From Crocinitomicaceae bacterium (GTDB lineage Bacteria; Bacteroidota; Bacteroidia; Flavobacteriales_D; Crocinitomicaceae), in the NCBI GenBank assembly GCA_044353585.1, contig JBILBR010000010.1:15353-79352 (forward strand): DNA of 64,000 nt. The letters are read 5' to 3'. Position numbers and translations under genes: made by a program. How positions within the stretch are numbered: position 1 is the first letter of the stretch; every line of letters begins with the position of its first letter. Under the pieces are notes generated by a model. It did not search any database. It was not told the DNA's origin and saw nothing but the letters and a program-made list of their open reading frames with translations. Shown here in pieces: positions 30,013 to 41,194 of the stretch.

Positions 30013-31713
30013 TTCAAATACGGGCAACATCATATAACTTGGCTCAAAGTATGGGCTATGCTGATAAATGTAGTAAAGTTGCTGCCATTCTGAACTAGCG
30101 AATTCTTGATCAGTAGCCTTTTTAGCTTCGTACTCTTGTTTCAAATCAGGGTTAGATTGCAAAATGCTTCTTAATTTACTCACGAATACATAATTCGAAA
30201 AATACTCTTTCTCTTGAAGGTATGAATCAAAATAATTCCATGTAAAATATGAATCTTCGCACATCGGCTGCAAGACAGCATGAAGAAAAAACGAGCCATT
30301 TTGATTCGTTGGTACCAGTACATCGCCAGCTCGAAAATTGATATTCATCTTAACTTTTTCTATATCCTTGGTGGAATGCATATAATGCCCTTCATAGGGT
30401 TTAGAAAGCGCGTCAAACGAACGAACAACTTGAGCATTCACCGCGAGTGTTTTCTCTTGCTTCAAGACGTCGAATAAGATATTATTTGCTTTAAGCTGTT
30501 CAATAATTCGTTGTTCTTGTCCACGAATGATATAAAACTGAGGGATTTGAACGGAATCCATTGGGAGGTAACTTCGATAAAAGGGAATTGTTTTTTGATA
30601 CGGCAAGTTTCGGTCGTAAGACAAATGTGCAAGTCCCGTGATATCGCTAGTATCCCTCACCGCTGTAAACCCTTTAAATTGTATTGAATCAGCCACCGTA
30701 CTTCGGGCATAATTAAATTTATAAAAGCGTTGACTCCCCTCCCATTCATGTGCTTTTTCTCGAGCCAATTCAATTTGAGGTGCATGAACCACAGTCCATT
30801 TTACCAGTTCATTCATAAAGTCATGCGTGGCTTTAACCCGATTTGGAAAGGGTTTTAGCATATGTGTTTCTACGGTAAATGAAATTACATTAAAAAGCGA
30901 AGCATATCCCATGGCATACCTTGGGAGATCATTGAATTGATATATTCCCGAATCAGGCGTTTCTTTGACCGTTTCCACGTAGGGAAACAAATCCCACTTT
31001 GATTTTTTTAGTGCTTGCGTTAATTGTGGAAGCATCGAACCATAGATTAGTTTTCTTAATGAAGGTGCGATTCGCTCTCGGAGTGATGAGATATACGTTA
31101 AGGTATATTGATAATCAGCGCCATTCGAAACGTGATTATCCACAAATACATCGGGGTTCAAGGCATGAAATATCTTTGCGAAGGTGAGTGCATTTTCGCT
31201 ATCCATCTTTGTGAAATCACGATTTAGATCCAGGTTTTGGGCATTTCCTCGAAACCCATAGAGTTCCGGTCCGTTCTGATTTGCTCTGCTCGTAGCACTT
31301 CTGGTTAACATACCACCAACATTATAAGCTGGAATAAAAGCCACCACGGGGTCATTCGGATTAATACTATCCAAGCGCATAAAGTTTTCCGTATAAATCA
31401 AGCACGCATTAATACCATCCGGTTCGCCCGGATGAATTGCATTATTAAAGAGTAGTGTTGTCCCTTTTTTTGCTTTTATGAAGGTAGCCGATGAATCTTC
31501 AGCACCATTTAATATACATACATATAGTGGCAAGCCGGGAACATCTGATGGCCCCATATTGTATAAACTTACCAACGGACTTTCTTTATCCATCCGTTTG
31601 AGCTCTTCAATTAACCGATAATAATCAGGAGATGTATTTCCTGTCCATTTCGATTGTGCCCATAAACTTATACCAGTGCTTATGATAAGCAAGGAAAAAA
31701 CAACTCTCATCAT
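30004..31713 (-). CDS. M14-family zinc carboxypeptidase, secreted
   Basis: Zn-binding HPGEPDG. The ATG at 31713 (MMRVVFSLLIISTGISLWAQ) gives a signal peptide. The longer ORF-track start would run across the trmD start. Confidence 0.82.
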   Translation of the reverse strand: MMRVVFSLLIISTGISLWAQSKWTGNTSPDYYRLIEELKRMDKESPLVSLYNMGPSDVPGLPLYVCILNGAEDSSATFIKAKKGTTLLFNNAIHPGEPDGINACLIYTENFMRLDSINPNDPVVAFIPAYNVGGMLTRSATSRANQNGPELYGFRGNAQNLDLNRDFTKMDSENALTFAKIFHALNPDVFVDNHVSNGADYQYTLTYISSLRERIAPSLRKLIYGSMLPQLTQALKKSKWDLFPYVETVKETPDSGIYQFNDLPRYAMGYASLFNVISFTVETHMLKPFPNRVKATHDFMNELVKWTVVHAPQIELAREKAHEWEGSQRFYKFNYARSTVADSIQFKGFTAVRDTSDITGLAHLSYDRNLPYQKTIPFYRSYLPMDSVQIPQFYIIRGQEQRIIEQLKANNILFDVLKQEKTLAVNAQVVRSFDALSKPYEGHYMHSTKDIEKVKMNINFRAGDVLVPTNQNGSFFLHAVLQPMCEDSYFTWNYFDSYLQEKEYFSNYVFVSKLRSILQSNPDLKQEYEAKKATDQEFASSEWQQLYYIYQHSPYFEPSYMMLPVFELK

Positions 31714-31766
31714 AACGTAAAGGTAGTACATGCAAACGAATTGACGGGTATTTCCTACCTTTGAAC

Positions 31767-32441
31767 ATGCGAATTGATATCCTGACGATTTTGCCCAAAC
31801 TTTTTGATGGTCCATTTTCCGATTCCATCTTAAAACGTGCCCAAGAAAAGGGACATGTTTCCATACACTTACACAACATCCGAGATTATTCAACCGATAA
31901 GCATAAAAATGTGGACGATTATCAATACGGAGGCGGTGCTGGAATGGTAATGCGTATTGAACCTATTGCGGCATGTATCGAACAACTCAAACAGGAGCGT
32001 ACCTATGATGAAATCATCTACATGACTCCTGACGGCGAAATCTTAGAACAGGGTACATCAAATCAACTATCTATAAAAGGTAATCTAATGATCTTGTGCG
32101 GACATTACAAAGGCGTAGATGACCGAATAAGACAATACTACATCACCAAAGAAATTTCTATTGGGTCGTATGTGCTATCTGGCGGAGAACTTGCCGCAGC
32201 AGTATTAGTAGATTCTATCATTCGATTGATTCCAGGCGTATTAAACGACGAAACCTCGGCCTTAACCGACAGTTTTCAAGACCAATTACTTTCTCCTCCA
32301 GTATACACTAGACCACCAGTTTATAACGGGTGGAGTGTACCTGATGTATTACTTAGCGGAAATTCGCAGGAAATTGATCGCTGGAGGGAAGAACAAGCGC
32401 TTGAACGCACAAAATCCAGAAGGCCAGATTTATTGGATTAA
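31767..32441 (+). CDS. trmD: tRNA (guanine37-N1)-methyltransferase
   Basis: [13 protein letters not shown]...[10 protein letters not shown]...[14 protein letters not shown]. The ATG lies 3 nt after a TACCTTTG box (31756-31763). Confidence 0.93.
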   Translation: MRIDILTILPKLFDGPFSDSILKRAQEKGHVSIHLHNIRDYSTDKHKNVDDYQYGGGAGMVMRIEPIAACIEQLKQERTYDEIIYMTPDGEILEQGTSNQLSIKGNLMILCGHYKGVDDRIRQYYITKEISIGSYVLSGGELAAAVLVDSIIRLIPGVLNDETSALTDSFQDQLLSPPVYTRPPVYNGWSVPDVLLSGNSQEIDRWREEQALERTKSRRPDLLD

Positions 32442-32472
32442 CGGATACAATCATAATTCGTAACTTTGCTGT

Positions 32473-33669
32473 ATGATTGAACTCTCTGAACGATTAAACG
32501 CCATGGAAGAGTCAGCTACGCTGGCTATGGCTCGATTAAGTCGCGAATTAAAAGCGCAAGGAAAAGACATCATTTCATTGTCTTTAGGTGAACCAGATTT
32601 TAACACGCCGCAATTCATTAAGGATGCGGCTATAGTTGGACTAGAACAGAATTTCACCACCTATACTCCGGTATCTGGATATGATGACCTGCGAGAACGT
32701 GTATCACACAAATTCTTGCGTGACAACGGACTCCATTATCCGAAAGACCAAATTGTTGTTTCTACAGGGGCAAAACAGTCTATTGCAAACGTTGTTTTAA
32801 GTTTAATCAATCCAGGCGATGAAGTAATTATACCTGCCCCATATTGGGTTTCCTACATAGAAATCGTAAAAATGGCAGGCGGTATTCCTGTGGTAATTCA
32901 TGCAGGAATTGACCAAGATTTTAAAATAAATGCCGCACAATTCGAAGCGGTGATTACGCCAAAAACTAAGTTGTTTATTTTCTCTTCGCCATGTAATCCA
33001 ACCGGTTCTGTGTATACCAAAGAAGAATTACGTGGTTTGGCGGATGTTTTAGTTAAACACCCTAACATAATTGCCTTATCGGATGAGATTTATGAGCATA
33101 TCCGTTTTGAAGGTGAGCACGCGAGCTTAGCCCAATTTTCAGAAATATTCGATCAAGTTGTTACCGTCAATGGCGTATCCAAGGCATGGGCAATGACGGG
33201 TTGGCGACTAGGGTACATTGGCGCGAGTAAACAAATTGCAGATGCCTGTAATAAAATTCAAGGCCAATTCACATCCGGAACGAGTTCCATAACACAGCGC
33301 GCAGCGATTGCAGCGATGGATGCTGATCCCAGCGTATTAAAGGAAATGGTAGAAACGTTTCACAAACGACGTGATTTAGTTCTTTCCTATTTAAATAAAA
33401 TCCCAGGAGTAAAATGCAACGTACCAACCGGTGCTTTTTATTTATTCCCTGATGTATCCGCTTATTTTGGAACTAAAGACGGTGACCAAGTTATACAAGA
33501 CGGTGATGACTTATGCATGTATTTGTTACGTGAAGGAAACATTGCACTGGTAGACGGCAAAGGATTCGGAGCGCCAAATTGCATTCGCATAAGTTATGCC
33601 GCTTCGGAAGAACAGCTCATCAAAGCAATGGAACGATTAACCGCTGCCTTAGCCAATTTAAGTCGATGA
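32473..33669 (+). CDS. pyridoxal-phosphate-dependent aminotransferase (aspartate aminotransferase class I)
   Basis: 398 aa with the PLP lysine context NGVSKAWAMTGWRLGY. Confidence 0.88.
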   Translation: MIELSERLNAMEESATLAMARLSRELKAQGKDIISLSLGEPDFNTPQFIKDAAIVGLEQNFTTYTPVSGYDDLRERVSHKFLRDNGLHYPKDQIVVSTGAKQSIANVVLSLINPGDEVIIPAPYWVSYIEIVKMAGGIPVVIHAGIDQDFKINAAQFEAVITPKTKLFIFSSPCNPTGSVYTKEELRGLADVLVKHPNIIALSDEIYEHIRFEGEHASLAQFSEIFDQVVTVNGVSKAWAMTGWRLGYIGASKQIADACNKIQGQFTSGTSSITQRAAIAAMDADPSVLKEMVETFHKRRDLVLSYLNKIPGVKCNVPTGAFYLFPDVSAYFGTKDGDQVIQDGDDLCMYLLREGNIALVDGKGFGAPNCIRISYAASEEQLIKAMERLTAALANLSR

Positions 33670-34655
33670 ATTTAGAGGCTATATTCAATTCATTTAATGA
33701 CATGAAGGTTGCCATTGTTGGTGACGTTATGATTGATTCCTATGTCATGGGTAAAGTTCACCGCATGAGCCCAGAGGCTCCGGTTCCTGTATTGCTACTT
33801 GACAAAGAAGAGAATCGCTTGGGTGGCGCAGCAAATGTAGCGTTGAATTTAAAAGCTTTGGGAGCGGAGGTTTACCTTTGTTCCGTCATTGGAAACGACA
33901 TGGCTGCGACGAATTTACAAGGGCTTTTAACTGAAGCGAAAATCCATAATCAAGAAATAATTCAATCAGACGAGCGAAAAACTACAGTAAAAACAAGGGT
34001 GTTATCTGGAACCCAGCATGTATTACGAATTGATCAAGAAGATACAAGTTACATCAGTAATAGCCTAGAAGATGCTTTAATCAATGTCACAAAACATCGA
34101 ATTGATATGGGAATTGATGCCTTAATATTCGAAGATTACAACAAAGGCGTCTTAACCCATCGGGTAATTACAGAACTTATCGCCTATGCAAAGGAAAAGG
34201 GAGTTATAACGACGGTAGACCCAAAAAATGATAATTTTCTAAGCTATCAAGGCGTGAGCTTGTTCAAGCCAAACCTCAAGGAAATCAAAGAAGGGCTTGA
34301 TGTCAACATCGACGTGGTTAACCAACCTGATTCGATCGTTGATGGGGCAAAAAAACTTCGAGAAAAGCTACACCATGAATTAACCCTCATTACACTTTCT
34401 GAGCATGGCATATTTATAGAAAATGGCTCTGCTTCGCATATTATTCCCGCCCACGCAAGAGAAATTACGGATGTAAGTGGTGCCGGTGACACGGTTATTT
34501 CTGTGGCAACCCTCTGTTTAATTGCAGGTATGAGTCCTACTGAAATAGCTGCCATTGCTAATCTTTCAGGAGGATTGGTATGTGAACACTCTGGTGTTGT
34601 AAGTGTTGATAAAGCAACGCTATTGAATGAAGCAAAAAAATTAGTACACCCATGA
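33666..34655 (+). CDS. PfkB-family sugar kinase (RfaE domain I-like, D-glycero-beta-D-manno-heptose-7-phosphate kinase)
   Basis: The ATG at 33666 overlaps the upstream stop (ATGA). Motifs: [29 protein letters not shown]. Confidence 0.78.
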   Translation: MNLEAIFNSFNDMKVAIVGDVMIDSYVMGKVHRMSPEAPVPVLLLDKEENRLGGAANVALNLKALGAEVYLCSVIGNDMAATNLQGLLTEAKIHNQEIIQSDERKTTVKTRVLSGTQHVLRIDQEDTSYISNSLEDALINVTKHRIDMGIDALIFEDYNKGVLTHRVITELIAYAKEKGVITTVDPKNDNFLSYQGVSLFKPNLKEIKEGLDVNIDVVNQPDSIVDGAKKLREKLHHELTLITLSEHGIFIENGSASHIIPAHAREITDVSGAGDTVISVATLCLIAGMSPTEIAAIANLSGGLVCEHSGVVSVDKATLLNEAKKLVHP

Positions 34656-35377
34656 GTGAGATTGTAAAACCCTACAACACGGATAAATCAAAAAAAGAAG
34701 AAGTCGCTCAGATGTTTAATAACATTTCGGCGCGCTACGATTTTTTAAATCATTTCTTATCCTTGGGAATTGATCACATTTGGCGTCGAAAAGCCGTAAA
34801 CCAATTGCGTGAGATTCAACCTAAACGGATTTTAGATTTAGCCACAGGAACAGGTGATTTTGCGATTGCCTTATTGAAACTAAATCCAAGTCAAATCATA
34901 GGCATGGACATCTCTTCGGGTATGCTTGAAGTGGGTAAAAACAAAATGAAGGCAAAACATGTAAACCACATCATTGACATGCAATTGGGAGATTCTGAAA
35001 ACATGCCTTTTGAGGATGGTTATTTTGATGCGATAACGGTAGGCTTCGGGGTAAGAAACTATGAGCACTTAGAAAAGGGTCTTTCTGAGATGCTTCGAGT
35101 AACTCGAAGTGGAGGGAAAATTGTAATCTTAGAATTTTCTAAACCAAAACGTTTTCCCATTAAACAAGCATTTGGGTTCTACTCCCGATTCATTATTCCG
35201 TTCTTCGGAAAGCGCATTTCAAAAGATGAAAAGGCATACGCCTATCTTCCTGAAAGTGTAGCTGCATTTCCTGAGGGTAAGGCATTTACAGACATATTAA
35301 GTAAATTAGGCTATAAACATGTAGATTCAACCTTAGTAAGTGGTGGAATAGCCACGATTTATACGGGAATTAAGTAA
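34652..35377 (+). CDS. ubiE: demethylmenaquinone / ubiquinone C-methyltransferase
   Basis: 241 aa. [24 protein letters not shown] and DLATGTGD are UbiE/MenG signatures. Confidence 0.92.
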   Translation: MSEIVKPYNTDKSKKEEVAQMFNNISARYDFLNHFLSLGIDHIWRRKAVNQLREIQPKRILDLATGTGDFAIALLKLNPSQIIGMDISSGMLEVGKNKMKAKHVNHIIDMQLGDSENMPFEDGYFDAITVGFGVRNYEHLEKGLSEMLRVTRSGGKIVILEFSKPKRFPIKQAFGFYSRFIIPFFGKRISKDEKAYAYLPESVAAFPEGKAFTDILSKLGYKHVDSTLVSGGIATIYTGIK

Positions 35378-35412
35378 TGCAACTTAACTGATACTTTTGC
35401 GTTTCACAAACC

Positions 35413-36126
35413 ATGCGATCTACATTTCTTTTACTTACATTTTTTATTCCTATGCTTCTCTTTGGACAAAAGTTCAAGCAAGAGCGGTATAAAAACTTTG
35501 ATCGTAGGTTATTTCATTTTGGATTCATGCTCGGATTTAATTCGTCCGATTTCACCTTATATCCGGTTCAAAACGCCTATGAGCAATTCAAGATTTTAAC
35601 TGTGCAAAATGATGCTCAACCGGGAGGACAACTTGGTATTTTGACCACCATGCGTTTAGGTACTCCAATGATTCGGTTGCGATTCATTCCAACGATTTCA
35701 TTTTTGGAACGATCCATTAAATACACCTTTGAAGACACCAGTGCAAAATTCGGTTATCGCATTGAAGATGAACGAGTAAACTCAACAAACTTAGACTTTC
35801 CGTTAATGTTGCAGTTTAGAACCAAACGCCTAAATAATTTCGCTGCTTATTGTTTAATTGGTGGACAATATTCGATTGATTTACAATCCCAAGAAAAAGC
35901 TTCGCAGAACTATATCGATCCATTCATAAAAATAAAACGCTTCGATTGGCAGGGTCAAATTGGGGGTGGATTAGAGTTCTTCGCACCCTATTTTAAATTT
36001 GGTGTAGAGTTGAAATTCAGTCATGGTTTCAGCAACGTATTCATAAAAGACAACACCTATATTGCAGCACCGATACAAACCTTATATAACCGTGGCTGGT
36101 TTGTTTCCTTGATTTTTGAAGGATAA
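35413..36126 (+). CDS. porT: PorT/SprT-like outer-membrane beta-barrel protein (T9SS-associated)
   Basis: 237 aa with a signal peptide, FHFGFMLGFNSSDF and a C-terminal aromatic residue. It has the usual position after ubiE as recalled for Bacteroidota. Confidence 0.65.
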   Translation: MRSTFLLLTFFIPMLLFGQKFKQERYKNFDRRLFHFGFMLGFNSSDFTLYPVQNAYEQFKILTVQNDAQPGGQLGILTTMRLGTPMIRLRFIPTISFLERSIKYTFEDTSAKFGYRIEDERVNSTNLDFPLMLQFRTKRLNNFAAYCLIGGQYSIDLQSQEKASQNYIDPFIKIKRFDWQGQIGGGLEFFAPYFKFGVELKFSHGFSNVFIKDNTYIAAPIQTLYNRGWFVSLIFEG

Positions 36127-37652
36127 TGGAACAGTTTGCGTTTGTTTGTACCCCAGAAGAAGCTAAAGATTGGAGCGCAATCAAGCGAATCATTGAAAAA
36201 CAAACGGGAAAAACGTTTGAATATATGCGTTGGAAAAAGCGAAGTATCGATGCGCGATCTCGGCAAATAAAAATCAATGCTACCGTAGAATGTTCCAATA
36301 GTCCATTACCGGATCGCATTCGAAGCTTCACCTTTAATAAGGTACTTCACGCTCCCGAAGTTCATATCATTGGAGCTGGTCCGGCGGGATTGTTTGCTGC
36401 ATTACAAGCCTTATTGCTTAACCTTAAACCAGTTATTTATGAACGTGGTAAAGATGTTAAGGCGCGACGAAGGGATTTAGCTTTAATAGCACGCGAACAG
36501 CGTATTAATGAGGATTCCAATTATTGTTTTGGTGAAGGCGGTGCCGGAACCTATTCTGATGGAAAATTATATACGAGATCAAAGAAGCGTGGTGAGGTAG
36601 ATTTGGTGCTCGAACTTTTGGTTTATTTTGGGGCTGACGAAGACATCCTTGTTGAGGCGCATCCACACATTGGAACAAATAAACTGCCTAAAATCATTGA
36701 GAATATTCGACATTTTATCATTCAACAAGGCGGCGAAATTCACTTTGAATCTAAATTAACCGGGATAACAAAAACTGAAAACAAAATCAGTCACTTGGAG
36801 ATCAACCAAGGGGAACAGATTCCCGTAAAGCACGTGATATTAGCTACGGGTCATTCTGCGAGAGATATTTTTTATTTGTTGCATCAAACGGGAATTAAAG
36901 TCTTGGCAAAACCCTTTGCCTTGGGGGTGCGCGTTGAACATACACAAGCCTTGATTGACCAAATGCAATATCACGGGCGATTAAACGACGAATATCTAGC
37001 TCCGGCTTCTTACAGTTTGGTAGAGCAAATCGATGGACGCGGTGTTTACTCCTTTTGCATGTGTCCGGGGGGTATCATTGCACCTTGCGCTACATCAAAT
37101 GGCGAAGTCGTAACCAACGGATGGTCACCGTCTAAACGCAACAATCCCTATTCGAATTCAGGAATTGTAGTTTCCATTGACCCAACTGATTTTGAAAACC
37201 CTGAGGATCCGTTTGTGTGCTTAACATTCCAACAAGAAGTTGAGAAGTTATGCCACGACGCTACAGGAAATAATCAAAAAGTTCCTGCACAGCGTTTACT
37301 GGACTTTGTTGAGGGACGAAAATCAAAAGATTTCCCCCGTTCTAGTTATACACCGGGAATAGAAAGCGTTCGACTCGACGAAGTATTACCGCCCCTTGTG
37401 GCCAAACGTCTACAGAAGGCATTTCAGGCCTTTGACAAGAAAATGCCTGGGTTTCTTACCAACGATGCCGTAGTTCATGCGCCGGAATCGAGAACTTCCT
37501 CACCCATTTTAATACCTCGAAACAGAGAAACCTTTCAACATGTAGAAATTGAGAATCTTTATCCCTGTGCAGAGGGCGCAGGATACGCAGGAGGCATTGT
37601 TTCTGCAGCGATTGACGGGATGAAATGTGTAGAGGCTTCCTCTAAACGATAG
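36126..37652 (+). CDS. FAD-dependent oxidoreductase (COG2509-like)
   Basis: 508 aa with the dinucleotide fold IIGAGPAGLFAA. Confidence 0.82.
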   Translation: MEQFAFVCTPEEAKDWSAIKRIIEKQTGKTFEYMRWKKRSIDARSRQIKINATVECSNSPLPDRIRSFTFNKVLHAPEVHIIGAGPAGLFAALQALLLNLKPVIYERGKDVKARRRDLALIAREQRINEDSNYCFGEGGAGTYSDGKLYTRSKKRGEVDLVLELLVYFGADEDILVEAHPHIGTNKLPKIIENIRHFIIQQGGEIHFESKLTGITKTENKISHLEINQGEQIPVKHVILATGHSARDIFYLLHQTGIKVLAKPFALGVRVEHTQALIDQMQYHGRLNDEYLAPASYSLVEQIDGRGVYSFCMCPGGIIAPCATSNGEVVTNGWSPSKRNNPYSNSGIVVSIDPTDFENPEDPFVCLTFQQEVEKLCHDATGNNQKVPAQRLLDFVEGRKSKDFPRSSYTPGIESVRLDEVLPPLVAKRLQKAFQAFDKKMPGFLTNDAVVHAPESRTSSPILIPRNRETFQHVEIENLYPCAEGAGYAGGIVSAAIDGMKCVEASSKR

Positions 37653-37673
37653 AAAATTGAATACAAAATCAAA

Positions 37674-39098
37674 CTATCTATTGGCAATCATTGAAATGGC
37701 CTTATTTCTTCCTTCAATTATCTCGAGTTGTAACTTAGATAACTTATTCAATACTGAAATTAAAGACTCCCCACCGAATTCCTTTTCAACCCAATGGCTA
37801 TTGTAGTCGCCCATATTATATTTTTCAGGCTTATACATACTTGCGTACAAATCAAGCAGTTTAGTTACATCCTTCGGATTTACAATCTGACCTGAATTCG
37901 TAAGCAATTTTTCAAATTCTTGAATTCGTAATACAGAAGAATTGTTTTCTAAACTAATTTTAAAATTGGTAGTGTTGTTTGAATACGTACCACAAATTTC
38001 AACCAATTTATCTCTATAATCATTAAAACCCATCCATATCGTTCTGTAAGCTTTTGATTGTCGGTATGTATTTTCATCAAATGGCCCCAAAACTCGCCAA
38101 CTCACTTCCCTATTTGACTGATACATAATAGCATTAGCATTCAATTTAGCAGGTAATAGCGGATTATTATCATTGTATTTTACCCACAACAAACTATTAA
38201 AATCATTAACTCTTACATTATTGTTAACCGCCTCACCAGCCTCCTTCAAAAGTAACAACTTTAAATCATCGATATTCTTAATTAGATTTTGTGCTAATCC
38301 ATCGACATCATCGATTGCTTTTAATTTTGATTTTACTAATCCATCTCCAGCGCTATCAACAGCACCTTTTGTAAGTTCAATTTGCATCAAATCACCAACA
38401 TAAATCTTATTAACCATTTCATCATGTAAAACAACTTGTTGGGATAACATTGAATCGGTAATTTTTATTTTATTATTATTCGCAATGAGTAACATCGAAA
38501 AAAGGGGAATTAAAACAATCGGAATAGATTTATCTGATATGCCAAACAACCCTCTTCGTTGATCCACATCACTCATAAAATAAGCCACAAATGAAATTAC
38601 GAAAGAGATACTTCCAACGAACATAAGTTCATTTACCCCTGGCCAATGCATTAAAAAGAAAAGAAAATAAATTGCAAGAATTGAAACACCAACATTTAAA
38701 AAAACATGGATGAACCTATGAGTAGAAGTGCGGATTGCCACAGACCTTATAAAAAAGATAATTGATATGAAGGTTATGGAAAAGATCAACATTTCGTTAC
38801 ATCCAGGCCAGTGCATAATTTTGAATAAAAACCCTTGAATCATAATGGATAATAACACATGGAATGTAATGGTGAAAAATTTAGAAAATCCTTTGATTGA
38901 CGGATCTTTTCGAAAACCAATTATTAAACTTGAAATACTTAAACCTAACATTCCTAAAATCAACATCTCATTGCATCCTGGATAATGGGATACTTTCATG
39001 CCGTAACCCGCAACAGTAACAATCATAGAGAGATAAATCAAATAATCTCCAATGTTATTTCGTCTGACTTTTTTTTCATTAACTAAATTTTCATTCAT
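37674..39098 (-). CDS. 7-TM protein with three PorL/GldL-like TM-hairpin repeats and a GldM_N-like periplasmic domain
   Basis: 474 aa. The motif K(V/I)xH(Y/W)PG(C/V)NE(M/L) occurs three times (His38, His96, His151). A 7th TM is followed by a soluble domain ending FGGESLISVLNKLSKLQLEIIEGRNKAIS, which resembles the GldM N-terminal domain. Confidence 0.65.
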   Translation of the reverse strand: MNENLVNEKKVRRNNIGDYLIYLSMIVTVAGYGMKVSHYPGCNEMLILGMLGLSISSLIIGFRKDPSIKGFSKFFTITFHVLLSIMIQGFLFKIMHWPGCNEMLIFSITFISIIFFIRSVAIRTSTHRFIHVFLNVGVSILAIYFLFFLMHWPGVNELMFVGSISFVISFVAYFMSDVDQRRGLFGISDKSIPIVLIPLFSMLLIANNNKIKITDSMLSQQVVLHDEMVNKIYVGDLMQIELTKGAVDSAGDGLVKSKLKAIDDVDGLAQNLIKNIDDLKLLLLKEAGEAVNNNVRVNDFNSLLWVKYNDNNPLLPAKLNANAIMYQSNREVSWRVLGPFDENTYRQSKAYRTIWMGFNDYRDKLVEICGTYSNNTTNFKISLENNSSVLRIQEFEKLLTNSGQIVNPKDVTKLLDLYASMYKPEKYNMGDYNSHWVEKEFGGESLISVLNKLSKLQLEIIEGRNKAISMIANR

Positions 39099-39376
39099 AA
39101 TCTCAAATCTAAATAATTCAACATTTTATAAAAATACAAATTAAATGGAAAAATTGAGAATTCAAAAATGAATTGTTACAGCTACTGACTTTCGTTTATA
39201 CATGCATAGTTTCTTTAAAAAACATCCAAATCAAATCTTTTTTGGTTGAACGTGACCCTATTCAAGAACTGTAAGCAGTCAAGTATTCATATCGAAACAA
39301 ATAATATCAAAAGAAATAAATGGATTAATTGAACTAAATGAAAGTTCTCGGGTACATATTTCTCTACCTTTGTACC

Positions 39377-40555
39377 ATGAAACGCGTGGTTGTTGGTCTT
39401 TCCGGCGGTGTTGATTCCAGTGTAGCTGCTTACCTCTTGATTGAACAAGGGTATGAGGTGATCGGGATGTTTATGCGCAATTGGCATGATGAAACCGTCA
39501 CCCTTTCCAATGAATGTCCGTGGATTGATGATGCGAACGACGCCTTACTTGTTGCGCAACACCTTGGCATTCCATTTCAAGTCGTGGATTTGAGTGCGCA
39601 ATATAAAGACCGTATTGTAGACTACATGTTCCGCGAATACGAGGCCGGAAGAACGCCAAATCCCGATGTACTCTGCAACCGAGAGATTAAATTCGATGTG
39701 TTTTTAAAGGAAGCCCTTGCGCTTGGCGCAGACTATGTAGCCACCGGACATTATTGCCGTAAGCTAATTCATGAAGATGGGACACACGGTTTATTGAGTG
39801 GGCTCGATGGGAACAAAGACCAGAGTTATTTCCTTTGTCAAGTGAGTCAGGAGCAACTTCAACGTGCCCTCTTCCCTATTGGCGACTTAACCAAGGCGCA
39901 AGTGCGAGAAATTGCAAGCGAGCAAGGATTACTTACCGCAGAGAAAAAAGACTCTCAGGGCCTATGTTTTGTGGGGAAAATTAGTCTGCCTACTTTTCTG
40001 CAGCAACAATTAGCCGCTAAACCTGGACCGATTATAGAAATACCTACCACGCTTCCACAATACGCCAGCTACCAAACGATACCGCATGATTTAGCGCATG
40101 TAGTGGAATTAGCAAAGCCATTTACCTACGAAGTTTCTATGGGAGACCAGGTTGCAACACACCAAGGCGCTCACTATTACACCATCGGACAACGCAAAGG
40201 CTTGCATATCGGCGGACGACCTGAACCTAGTTTTGTATTGGCAACAGATACACAAACGAATGTGATTTATTCAGGACAAACCGATGAACATCCAGGATTA
40301 TATCGACGAGCACTTAAACTGAGTTCAAATGAAATCAATTGGATTCAACCCATTGCTAAAGAATCGCTGGAAAATGGGGTGTCTTGTTCCATTCGGATTC
40401 GTTACCGTCAAGCACTGCAAGAAGGAACCTTAATTCAAAAAGAAGGAGTCTTGTATATATTATTTGAAAAACCTCAGCGAGGAATTACTCCCGGACAGTT
40501 TGCCGCTTGGTATCTGAACGATGAGCTGATTGGCTCGGGGATCATTGCGGAGTGA
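39377..40555 (+). CDS. mnmA: tRNA 2-thiouridine(34) synthase
   Basis: PP-loop [18 protein letters not shown] with catalytic Cys contexts. The ATG lies 4 nt after a TACCTTTG box (39365-39372). Confidence 0.93.
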   Translation: MKRVVVGLSGGVDSSVAAYLLIEQGYEVIGMFMRNWHDETVTLSNECPWIDDANDALLVAQHLGIPFQVVDLSAQYKDRIVDYMFREYEAGRTPNPDVLCNREIKFDVFLKEALALGADYVATGHYCRKLIHEDGTHGLLSGLDGNKDQSYFLCQVSQEQLQRALFPIGDLTKAQVREIASEQGLLTAEKKDSQGLCFVGKISLPTFLQQQLAAKPGPIIEIPTTLPQYASYQTIPHDLAHVVELAKPFTYEVSMGDQVATHQGAHYYTIGQRKGLHIGGRPEPSFVLATDTQTNVIYSGQTDEHPGLYRRALKLSSNEINWIQPIAKESLENGVSCSIRIRYRQALQEGTLIQKEGVLYILFEKPQRGITPGQFAAWYLNDELIGSGIIAE

Positions 40556-40867
40556 TTACCATTTCTAGTCCGATGGAGCGGATGGTCTGTATGGCAAACG
40601 ATACAGTTTGAAATCTTACTTTCAATTCGTTTGCTGTTTGATGATATATAGAAATAAAATGTATATTCGTACAAGCGTAATAAACCTGCACCAATACACC
40701 GGATTTGGATTTATAAGCGAAGTTTTATAGCATCTATAAACAAGTTATAGGGCATTTTAATGGACCACGAAGAAGCAATGCGAGAAATAGGGTCACAATA
40801 TTCAAAAGTGTCGATTGCAGTTGTATTTTTAAAACTAGCCATAAGTCATTTAACAGTAAAATCTAAA

Positions 40868-41194
40868 ATGAAGAACATCCTCATAATATGTATAGTTTTT
40901 ATTGTTAGTATAGCTTTATATTCTCAAACAATAAGTTGTGTAAACAAGTTGGACTCATCTGATGTATTTGTAATTGCAAACAGACATCGTCCCTATTTGA
41001 ATAGATCCCGTGCATTACCAAAAATTTCATACGATGGTCAAAGTTGTACTTGGACATCAATAACTGCATCCAAAATGAAGTTTACCAACAGTCGGTTCCG
41101 AACTTGGAAAACAATTACGCTGGTAATTGATGACAAAACTGGTAAGATTTTATCTAGAAAAAAAGATAAACACAAAGTTCCGAGTTACGAATGA
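40868..41194 (+). CDS. hypothetical small secreted protein (cassette ORF 1)
   Basis: The ATG at 40868 gives MKNILIICIVFIVSIALYSQ (signal peptide), 108 aa. The ORF-track start at 40760 adds an unlikely extension. Confidence 0.5.
   Translation: MKNILIICIVFIVSIALYSQTISCVNKLDSSDVFVIANRHRPYLNRSRALPKISYDGQSCTWTSITASKMKFTNSRFRTWKTITLVIDDKTGKILSRKKDKHKVPSYE

Noticed and set aside
31714-31893. Long N-terminal extension of the M14 peptidase ORF running antisense across the trmD start. Similar ORF-track extensions occur at 33579-33665, 9873-9914, 39338-39376, 22556-22594 and 47535-47561.
   Set aside because: Internal Met codons give canonical N-termini or signal peptides, and they remove the overlaps with neighbouring genes or promoters.
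36041-36331. Two minus-strand ORFs (96 and 69 aa) spanning the porT / oxidoreductase junction.
   Set aside because: They overlap two well-supported plus-strand genes that abut at 36126, and they have no recognisable features.
40760-40867. N-terminal 36-aa extension of cassette ORF 1 in the ORF track.
   Set aside because: The internal ATG at 40868 starts a clean signal peptide. The extension has no features and would bury that signal peptide.
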